A stretch of 32,483 bases of DNA from Polyangiaceae bacterium. GTDB taxonomy: Bacteria > Myxococcota_A > Polyangia > Polyangiales > Polyangiaceae. Both the position numbers and the translations under genes were made by a program. Below the pieces are notes generated by a model, which did not search any database, was not told where the DNA came from, and was given only the letters and a program-made list of their open reading frames with translations. The stretch is taken from positions 1 to 32,483 of the forward strand of contig JAYTZB010000309.1 in assembly GCA_043742085.1 (NCBI GenBank), given 5' to 3'. Of this stretch, positions 14,581 to 22,469 are shown piece after piece; the stretch's first letter is position 1, and each line of letters starts with the position of its first letter.

Positions 14581-17502
14581 ATGATGAAACGTTTCTTTGG
14601 AATCCTCGCCGCAGTCTCGCTCGCCATCGTGGCTCCCAGCTGCGATGACGGTCCGACGTCGAACTACAGCGCGCTCCCGGCCGGCCAGAATGCGGCCAAC
14701 GGGGGCGCAGGCGTTCCGACCGTCGATCTCATCCCGAAGCAGAAGCTCGGGAGCTCGACGGCGGGCAACAGCCCGCTCATCCGGTGCACCCCGGAGAAGC
14801 GCCGCAAGGTGTGGGCGAACGAGCTCGACAAGCCGATGGTGCCGGTCCGCGGCGCGGCCGGTCTCGACGGTACGAAGAACCTCACGTACACCGGCCTCAG
14901 CATCGACGAGGTGGAGAGCGTTCTCTGCCAGGGCAACGACGGCGGCACCGGCCTGACCTTCTTCGGCGAGCAGGCCGAGCTCCAGGTCAACTGGAGCACC
15001 TCGACGCGCCTCGTCACCGAGTTCGACATGTCGACGGGCTACCGCGGCACGATGGACTTCACCGACCCGGTCACGAAGGTCGCGTACAGCATCTCGCTGG
15101 AGGGCAAGCCGATCCAGGCCAACGGCCAGCCGATGCACTGGAACTGGCGCGACACCGCCCAGATCACCGCGAACGCAACGAAGCTCTTCAACGCGATGAT
15201 GCGCGTCTACATGCCCGGTTCGATCCCCGCCGCGGGGGTACCGGACTGCGCCGCCAGCGGCGGTTGCGTCGTCGAGGTCCTCAGCAACGTCGACGGCGTC
15301 TTCGCGTTCTTCCCGCTCGGCCTCGTCCAGGTCTACTTCGACCTCGGGATCGACGACCCGATCGCGCGCGACATCCCCACGCGCGTCTACGTCCCGATCC
15401 AGAAGACGTTCGGCTTCAGCACCCTTCCGTTCCTCGCTCGTCTCCCCGGCACCGCGGAGCCGGACGGCGCGAAGGTCTTCGGAAAGGTGGACGGAAAGGA
15501 CTGCGTCGCCGAGCCCGGCACCACGTTCAAGAACTTCCGCGACAATTGCGTCGCGACCAGCAACGTCGCCGGGACCAACGCCGCCCAGACGGCGAAGTTC
15601 CTCTCGGGTCTGCAGCACTCGTCCGAGAGCTATTTCATCGACGTCGTCGGCATCGACCCCACGTTTCTGAGCGATCGCATCCGCAAGGGGAACACGGCTG
15701 CGAGCATCCTCGACAGCGATCGCCCCGAGGACAACGACCCGCTCCAGACGCTCACCGTCGATCAGCAGCTCAGCGGTCCCGTCGTGAACGAATACCCCGG
15801 CGAGGATCCCTCCCTCGCGCCCGACAACCACTCGTCGGGCCTCGTCAACCTCGCCTACGCCATCCTCGTCCAGAAGGCGCTCACCGCGGCCGACCCGAGC
15901 GTGACGAAGAAGATCGGCGATCCCACGTGCATCGTCTCGCCGGCGGGAATTGCGCCGGCCGGGTGCAGCGGCATGGAGGGTTACATCACGACTGCCCCGG
16001 TCGCGCTCGCGCCGGGCTTCCCGAACAATGCGTATGGCAAAGCCGCCATTGGGCTCACCACCACATCGGGCCTCTCGCCCGCCGGCAACCAGCTCGCGAC
16101 CTGGGACGACAGCCCCGGCGCTCAAACGTTTCGCGACGTGACCGTGTCGACCTGGTCCGGCACCGCCAAGCGCATCATCAAGGTCCTCGGCAAGGGTGAG
16201 CGTTCGGCGGTCCCGAACGACTTCCGCGAGCCGCGCGCGTACGCAACGCTGTGGATGCAGGCGCTCACGCAGTACCTCATCGCGCGCGGCAACGTCGGCA
16301 AGGGCGTGAAGCTGCAGGACGTGCTCGACGCGGGTCCCGGTGGAGCCGCGCTGCACCATATCGACCCGAACTACTTCTTCTTCGATACCGGCGGTGCAGG
16401 CAATCAGCAGTTCGATAGTGCGGAGTACGTCTATACCGACTTCGCGACGGTCGACCGCCCGTTCTACGACTTCAAGATCGTCGTCGATTCGATCACCGGA
16501 ATCCTCAACCAGCTGACGTTCGACGGCTTCCCGCTCCGCGGCGAGCGCGCGCTGCTCGGGGCGCTGACGCCCGCTGGACAGCCGCTCGGCGCCAACGGAA
16601 CGCTGCTCCAGACGAACATCTTCGGCAGCAGCGTCCTCTCCAACGGATGGCACGACCCGGCGACGCCGGCTGGAACGTTCCAGACTGCGTACGATTGCGC
16701 GTCGGCCGACTTGTTGACCCTCGCGGGCGCGGCGCTCGCGAACTACATGAGCGCTTGCGACGTCGACGGCAACGGCCCGCCGATCGATCAGACCACCGGG
16801 AAGAACCTTCGCAACGGAAGCGGCGAGCCGATCCTGAAGCCCTACCGCGGCGGCTTCACGTCGACGGCGACGGTCTTCAACCTGGGTCGCAACATCCTCA
16901 GCGTACCGCAGGACCAGATCACGGTGGCGACCCGTGACGTGAACCTCCTCCAGGCGACGGTCTCCTTCAAGACGAAGACCACCGTGTTCAATCCCGCCGG
17001 CCCCGACGGACCGACGATGACGTTCCCGATCAACTACGTCCTTCCCACGGACTTCACCGGGTTCTACATCCCCATCAACTCCTCTCGCGATCGCTTCGTG
17101 AAGCAGGAGGAGTTCGACACCACCGGCATCGCCATCTCCACGGTCATCGGAACGGTGCCCGTGCTCCAGGGCGGCGTTGTCGTTCCGAATCTCAACCGGC
17201 TCTCCTCCGCGGACTCGCGCGACTTCCTGGGCGAGATGTTCGTCTGCAAGTCGGGCGGCGATCTGCTCAAGGTCCGCATGTTCACCCCCGCCGACGTCGT
17301 CCTCGAGTGGATCACGGCGCACCCGCAGGCGATGGCGGACTGCAACCTGATCATCGACTACTCGGGCTTCGGCAGCGTGCTCGCTCGCGTCACGTCGATC
17401 ACCAACGGCGTGATCGTCAACTTCACCGACCCTTCGGGCATCACTGCCCAGGCGAACAACAGCGTCGTCGATGACGTCGACATCTTCGCCACCGGCCTCT
17501 GA
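14581..17502 (+). CDS. Large (973 aa) exported lipoprotein of unknown function
   Basis: GGAG RBS; lipoprotein signal MMKRFFGILAAVSLAIVAPS|C; strong GC3 codon bias; 12 further Cys; no motif recognised with confidence. Confidence 0.85.
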   Translation: MMKRFFGILAAVSLAIVAPSCDDGPTSNYSALPAGQNAANGGAGVPTVDLIPKQKLGSSTAGNSPLIRCTPEKRRKVWANELDKPMVPVRGAAGLDGTKNLTYTGLSIDEVESVLCQGNDGGTGLTFFGEQAELQVNWSTSTRLVTEFDMSTGYRGTMDFTDPVTKVAYSISLEGKPIQANGQPMHWNWRDTAQITANATKLFNAMMRVYMPGSIPAAGVPDCAASGGCVVEVLSNVDGVFAFFPLGLVQVYFDLGIDDPIARDIPTRVYVPIQKTFGFSTLPFLARLPGTAEPDGAKVFGKVDGKDCVAEPGTTFKNFRDNCVATSNVAGTNAAQTAKFLSGLQHSSESYFIDVVGIDPTFLSDRIRKGNTAASILDSDRPEDNDPLQTLTVDQQLSGPVVNEYPGEDPSLAPDNHSSGLVNLAYAILVQKALTAADPSVTKKIGDPTCIVSPAGIAPAGCSGMEGYITTAPVALAPGFPNNAYGKAAIGLTTTSGLSPAGNQLATWDDSPGAQTFRDVTVSTWSGTAKRIIKVLGKGERSAVPNDFREPRAYATLWMQALTQYLIARGNVGKGVKLQDVLDAGPGGAALHHIDPNYFFFDTGGAGNQQFDSAEYVYTDFATVDRPFYDFKIVVDSITGILNQLTFDGFPLRGERALLGALTPAGQPLGANGTLLQTNIFGSSVLSNGWHDPATPAGTFQTAYDCASADLLTLAGAALANYMSACDVDGNGPPIDQTTGKNLRNGSGEPILKPYRGGFTSTATVFNLGRNILSVPQDQITVATRDVNLLQATVSFKTKTTVFNPAGPDGPTMTFPINYVLPTDFTGFYIPINSSRDRFVKQEEFDTTGIAISTVIGTVPVLQGGVVVPNLNRLSSADSRDFLGEMFVCKSGGDLLKVRMFTPADVVLEWITAHPQAMADCNLIIDYSGFGSVLARVTSITNGVIVNFTDPSGITAQANNSVVDDVDIFATGL

Positions 17503-17523
17503 GACATCCGGAACCAACGAGCC

Positions 17524-20500
17524 ATGAAACACTTCTTTTCAGCTCTGAAATTGGCGCTCGCCGCGAGCGTCCTCTATGCGTCCGCCGGATGCGTCAGCTC
17601 CCGAGACGTCCGTAACGGCGTCTTCGACGAGAACCAGTATCTGCGCAAGGCGATGCTGGTGAATCCCGAGACCGACGCGACCGACCCGCCCTGGATCCTC
17701 CAGGGCACGGTCGAGCAGGTCTCTTCACCGAACCCGCTGAGCGGCCTGAACTTCTTCGTCGGCACCACCGCGTCGACCACGTTCAAGTGGCGCGTCGAGT
17801 CCGACAAGCTGCAGATGGTGTCGCAGCGCAGCCTCAACCAGCTGCCGGACAGCACGCGCACGGACGCCGTCCTCAACGCCTGGCCGATCAGCAACGTCGA
17901 CCTCAAGCTCCGCGTGAACCTCGACGGCGAGACCACGAACTTCTACGAGGAGAACCAGGAGCAGCCCTGGGCCCGTCGCCAGTGGGTCAAGGTCACGCTC
18001 GCGAAGAACGACCTCAGTGACGTCGCCGTCCTCGACGCCGACACCGGGTTCGGCGCGGGCAGCGGCCTCGGCTACATCTCGGACAGCATCGCGAAGTGCA
18101 TCGACGCCGGCAACACGACGGCGACGCTCGTTCCCGGCAGCTTCAACGTCGACGAGCCGAACAGCTACATCTCCTGGAAGATCCAGGTGACGATGCCGTT
18201 CGTCTCGAACGATCCGGTCTGCGCGTCGCTGCTCACGGTCGAGAACCTGGTCAGCCGCACGACCATCACGAGCACGATCATGTACTCGATGACGCGTCTG
18301 AAGCCGCTCGACGGCACGCAGACGTACAAGCCGCTCGAGATCCCCGAGAAGGACCCGATTCGTCGCAAGTACGGCATCGTCGACTTCACCAGCGCCGCGT
18401 ACGCGCCGCACGAGCTCACGCCCGATCCCGTAACCGGCGAGGATCCGAACCTCATCGGAAGCAGCGGTCTGCTCTCGGCGCGCCAGCTCGCGCAGCGCTT
18501 CGACCTCACGAAGGACGTCGTCTACTACCTCGATCCGCAGATGCCGGAGCGGTACACGGCGGTCTTCAACGGCCCCGGCGGCATTGCCGAGCAGACGAAT
18601 GCCATCTTCGCGAAGGCAGGAGTCAAGGGTCGCCTCTTCTTCAAGGCGGCGAACGACGGTCTCCCCGACGGCCAGGTCCGCGAGTTCGGCGACGTCCGCT
18701 ACAGCTTCGTGCGCTACGTGACCGATCCCGGCGTCGCCGAGGGTCTGCTCGGCATCGCCGGCGTCATCACCGATCCCCGCACGGGCGAGACGGTGAAGGG
18801 CATGTTCACGGTCTACAACCAGGGCTTCCTGAACTCGATCGCGTTCCAGTACGACTTCCTGCTGAAGACCATCGGCGCGAGCGAAGGCCTCACGACGCAG
18901 GACGACAGCGGCAACGCCGTCGACAACCCGTGGAAGGACCTCGGCGCCTGCAAGAACGGCGACCATCTCCAGCCCGACGATCCGCGCATCGTGGCGCCGA
19001 ACTTCACGAAGTCGCACCACAACCAGTCGACGCTGTTCAACAAGATCCAGCAGTATCTGAACAAGCCCTCGACGACGTACGGCAACCTCGCGCCCTCCGA
19101 CTTCGCCGGCGCTCCCGATCCGAAGTACCGCGACATCTACTTCGACCTGCTCCCGTTCTTCGTCTACCGCGAGCCGGCGGCGAACCCGTTCGTAACGCCA
19201 GAAGGCGGCCAGGGCGTGTTCGGCCCGTCCACCGCCGAGCTGTGGACGATGCGCACGAAGGAAGCCGAGTTCCAGAAGGTCCTCGGCGACATCGACAAGG
19301 GCCTCACGCCGTACGAGGCGACCGACAGCGCGCCCGGCCTGGCCGCGGCGACGACCTTCGTGAATCACTTCCGTGAGCTCACGCTGAATCACCGCGCGCT
19401 TCGCATCACGGAGCAGAACCTGTTCGGTCGGATGCGCGACCTCGCGTCGCCCTTCCCGCTGATGCAGGCCTACGCGCAGGGCTCGCGCCGCTGCGTCGAT
19501 CACAAGTGGGAGACGCGGACGCAGTTCGTCCAGCGCTTCATCGACGCGCAGATGTCGAAGACGATGTGGCACGAGTTCGGGCACTCGCTCGGCCTGCTCC
19601 ACAACTTCATGGGCTCGATCGACGAGCGCAACTGGCCCCGTTACACCGACGAGGCCGGCGACCACTTCACGACCAACTCCAGCTCGGTCATGGACTACAC
19701 GACGTACTACGCCGAATCGACGTTCGGTAACGGCGTCGGTGGCTGGGGCCCGTACGACCAGGGCGCCCTCGCCTGGGCCTACGGCAACGACGCGAAGCAC
19801 GGCGACAGCTCGTTCGCGCTCGGCACCCTCAGCGTCTCGGGGCAGAAGTCGCCCACCGAGCCCTGGAACGATCCCATGGGCTTCAGCGCGGACGGCACGA
19901 AGGAGATCACCTTCCTCCGCTGCGACGACCTCGACATCTCGCGCACGCCGCTCTGCCAGCAGTTCGACTGGGGCGCCACGCCCTCGCAGATCACCGCCGC
20001 GCAGATCGACGATTACGACTGGCAGTACCAGTTCCGTAACCAGCGCGGGTTTTACAAGTTCAAGAGCTTCAACAGCTACGGAACTCGTATTGCAAACCTG
20101 ATCGTCGACTCGCGACGGTTCATTCCCTTCGCGGCCGACGTCCAGGGCATCGGCGACATCATCCGCAAGCTGAAGATCCCGGCCCCGCAGGGCATCCCCC
20201 AGGCGACCTTCATCGACTCGGTCGGCACGCAGCTGATCGACTCGGTCACCGCGGGCTCCACGCAGGCAGCTGCCCTCCACAAGGCCATCATCGAGCAGGC
20301 CTCGGCCGAGCGCCCCTTCTCGACGTCGGTCGACGATCGCTACGGCGACGTCAACGTCCAGGGCATCATCATCGACAAGGTGTTCGCCGCTCAGGGTTGG
20401 CTCGGCCTCGCGCCGGTCCTCAACCAGGACCCGAACATCACCGGTCGCTACAGCGCGCCCTACACCGAGTTCGTCTCGCCGTTCTACGTCACCGTGGCGG

Positions 20501-21018
20501 CGGACACGCTCGATACGGTGCTCGGCGGCGGTTACGACACGTATCCCTGGCTCATCCAGTCCAACATCGCCCTCTTTGCGCAGGATTCCCACTCGCAGAA
20601 CTTCAATATCGGGTTCGCTCAGTATCGTGAGTGGATCGGTATGCAGACGTTCACGCGAGAGGACGACTTCCTCGCGTACTTCCGGGCCAAGGCCGAGGCC
20701 GCGAACTTCAACGCCGTCGACCCGACCACGGGCGTCAGCATCGACTGCCGCAATGCGGCGCTCGACTGCAAGTTCGATATCCGGAACTTCTCGGATCGCC
20801 TCCAGACCATCACGCTTCCCGACGGCCACAACTGGGCGTGGATGTACATCAAGGACCGTAATGCCTGGATGGCTTCGGAGCGCGACCGCAACCCGGTCAC
20901 GTACCGCCGCATCCGCGATTATACGTCGCTCCTCGCGACGGGCGCCGACGACGACAACCTCTACAACCTCGAGCGGCCGCTGAAGTTCTACTACGACGCC
21001 TTCGTCGCGTACCGCTGA
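17524..21018 (+). CDS. Zinc-dependent metalloprotease lipoprotein (metzincin; EcxA/DUF4953-like)
   Basis: Lipobox ASAG|C; GDVRYSFVRY and DPRTGETV; HEFGHSLGLLHNFMGS (HExxHxxGxxH); Met-turn SSSVMDY; GPYDQGALAWAY. Confidence 0.9.
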   Translation: MKHFFSALKLALAASVLYASAGCVSSRDVRNGVFDENQYLRKAMLVNPETDATDPPWILQGTVEQVSSPNPLSGLNFFVGTTASTTFKWRVESDKLQMVSQRSLNQLPDSTRTDAVLNAWPISNVDLKLRVNLDGETTNFYEENQEQPWARRQWVKVTLAKNDLSDVAVLDADTGFGAGSGLGYISDSIAKCIDAGNTTATLVPGSFNVDEPNSYISWKIQVTMPFVSNDPVCASLLTVENLVSRTTITSTIMYSMTRLKPLDGTQTYKPLEIPEKDPIRRKYGIVDFTSAAYAPHELTPDPVTGEDPNLIGSSGLLSARQLAQRFDLTKDVVYYLDPQMPERYTAVFNGPGGIAEQTNAIFAKAGVKGRLFFKAANDGLPDGQVREFGDVRYSFVRYVTDPGVAEGLLGIAGVITDPRTGETVKGMFTVYNQGFLNSIAFQYDFLLKTIGASEGLTTQDDSGNAVDNPWKDLGACKNGDHLQPDDPRIVAPNFTKSHHNQSTLFNKIQQYLNKPSTTYGNLAPSDFAGAPDPKYRDIYFDLLPFFVYREPAANPFVTPEGGQGVFGPSTAELWTMRTKEAEFQKVLGDIDKGLTPYEATDSAPGLAAATTFVNHFRELTLNHRALRITEQNLFGRMRDLASPFPLMQAYAQGSRRCVDHKWETRTQFVQRFIDAQMSKTMWHEFGHSLGLLHNFMGSIDERNWPRYTDEAGDHFTTNSSSVMDYTTYYAESTFGNGVGGWGPYDQGALAWAYGNDAKHGDSSFALGTLSVSGQKSPTEPWNDPMGFSADGTKEITFLRCDDLDISRTPLCQQFDWGATPSQITAAQIDDYDWQYQFRNQRGFYKFKSFNSYGTRIANLIVDSRRFIPFAADVQGIGDIIRKLKIPAPQGIPQATFIDSVGTQLIDSVTAGSTQAAALHKAIIEQASAERPFSTSVDDRYGDVNVQGIIIDKVFAAQGWLGLAPVLNQDPNITGRYSAPYTEFVSPFYVTVAADTLDTVLGGGYDTYPWLIQSNIALFAQDSHSQNFNIGFAQYREWIGMQTFTREDDFLAYFRAKAEAANFNAVDPTTGVSIDCRNAALDCKFDIRNFSDRLQTITLPDGHNWAWMYIKDRNAWMASERDRNPVTYRRIRDYTSLLATGADDDNLYNLERPLKFYYDAFVAYR

Positions 21019-21019
21019 C

Positions 21020-21955
21020 CTACTTCGCGACCCAGAAGACCAGTGTGATCCCGCCGGGGCTCTTGTTGGGCCCGGCGGGGCCGTGCGCGGTCTTCACGGC
21101 CTCGAGCAGGCACTTCACCACGTCGGGCGAGGTCAGCGAGGAGTCTTCCTGCGCGAGCGCGAAGTCGACCGCGCCCGTCTCGGTCAGGCGGAACTTCACG
21201 ACGAGCGAGCCGCCGAGGGTGGGCTCCTTCGCGAGTCCCTTCTCGTAGCACTCGCGAAAGGTCGGGACCTTCGCGCGGAGGTCGTCGGCCACGGCGCCTT
21301 CGCGCGGATCGGACTGAACGCCGACGCTCTGCACGCGCACGTTGATGCCGGGCGTGGGATCGAGCGGCGAGGCGAGGCCCGAGAGGACGCCGCACTCGTG
21401 GATGTCGAGCTCGGAGAGCACCGTGCGCAGCCGCGCCGTACGCTCCTGAGGCGTGGCGCCGGCGGTGCTGACCGTCGTGAGCAGCTCGTCGACGGCCGGC
21501 TCGGTGACGTTGGTATGCGTCCACTCCTGGAGCCGCTCGAAGCGAACCGCCTTCGGCAGGCGCGCCAGCGTCGTCGGGCTCATGCCGCACATCCGCTCGA
21601 CGTTCTTCCTGAGCAAGACCCTAGAGGCGAGCGCCTGGTAGCTCGCGACCGCCGGACACGGCGCGACGCTCGTGTCCTCGGCCGCCGCACGGAGCTGGTT
21701 CGCGGCCGCATCCGGGGACGCGCTCTTCAATGCGTCGACGAGCGCGACGCCCTTCTCTCCGCGAGCGGCCTTCCGTGCGACGCCCTCGACGAGCGTGCGG
21801 CTCTTCACGATGGTGGTCTCGGCCGGGGCCTCCGACGAACAGATCGAGCGAACGTCTGCGACGTACGTGCGGCGCTCCCAGACGGCGTACGCGATGCCCG
21901 CGAGGGCAACCACGCCGCCGATCACGATCACGTTGCGGGCGCGGGAAGCCTCCAT
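21020..21955 (-). CDS. Membrane-anchored protein with AgmX/PglI-type (TonB-C-like) C-terminal domain
   Basis: N-terminal TM segment; C-terminal FRECYEKGLAKEPTLGGSLVVKFRLTETGAV...SSL...VVKCLLEAV. Confidence 0.75.
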   Translation of the reverse strand: MEASRARNVIVIGGVVALAGIAYAVWERRTYVADVRSICSSEAPAETTIVKSRTLVEGVARKAARGEKGVALVDALKSASPDAAANQLRAAAEDTSVAPCPAVASYQALASRVLLRKNVERMCGMSPTTLARLPKAVRFERLQEWTHTNVTEPAVDELLTTVSTAGATPQERTARLRTVLSELDIHECGVLSGLASPLDPTPGINVRVQSVGVQSDPREGAVADDLRAKVPTFRECYEKGLAKEPTLGGSLVVKFRLTETGAVDFALAQEDSSLTSPDVVKCLLEAVKTAHGPAGPNKSPGGITLVFWVAK

Positions 21956-21991
21956 CGGACCGCCTGCTCATACCACGATCGCGCTGTTTTT

Positions 21992-22396
21992 TCAGGGTCC
22001 GCTGTCGGGGTTGTCGTCCATCTCGATGGTGCGGATGGTGATGACCTTGGGCGGGGCGGAAACGCTCGGCGCCGTCGCCGTTGCCGTCGCGGTGGGGGCG
22101 CGGCGGCGTGAGAGCGCCACCAGCGTGCCCACCGCGGCGCTCACGACGAGCACGCCGACCAGCACGCCGACGTAGAACGTCGCGCCGCGCGACGGAGCCG
22201 CCGGCGCCGGCGGCGCCATCGAGGGCGACGACGAGACGACCGGAAGCGGAGGTAGGCCCGGCGGAAGCTGCGACGGCTCGGCGGAGACGTCCGCGTCGTC
22301 GAGGTCCACTTGCTGGGCCTGCGGGTCGTCGGCCTCGGCCTCGGGCGAGAGCTCGGGCGCCGGGGTGCCATCCACGTTGGGGTCGGGATTCTTCAT
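21992..22396 (-). CDS. Hypothetical single-pass membrane protein
   Basis: Acidic/Pro-rich N-terminus, TM segment FYVGVLVGVLVVSAAVGTLVAL followed by RRR, short Thr/Ala linker, C-terminal VITIRTIEM. Confidence 0.65.
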   Translation of the reverse strand: MKNPDPNVDGTPAPELSPEAEADDPQAQQVDLDDADVSAEPSQLPPGLPPLPVVSSSPSMAPPAPAAPSRGATFYVGVLVGVLVVSAAVGTLVALSRRRAPTATATATAPSVSAPPKVITIRTIEMDDNPDSGP

Positions 22397-22469
22397 CGGC
22401 GGCGTGCCTCGCCTGCTGAACATCGCACCACGGCAAGCGTTAGGGAAGACCTCGGAGTATCCTCGCGGC

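Noticed and set aside
14554-20829. Very long antisense ORFs (14554-17532 and 17725-20829 on -), and similar ones opposite other genes
   Set aside because: They mirror strongly biased sense genes codon-for-codon and give R/V/D/G-rich sequence with no motifs, the usual high-GC shadow ORFs.
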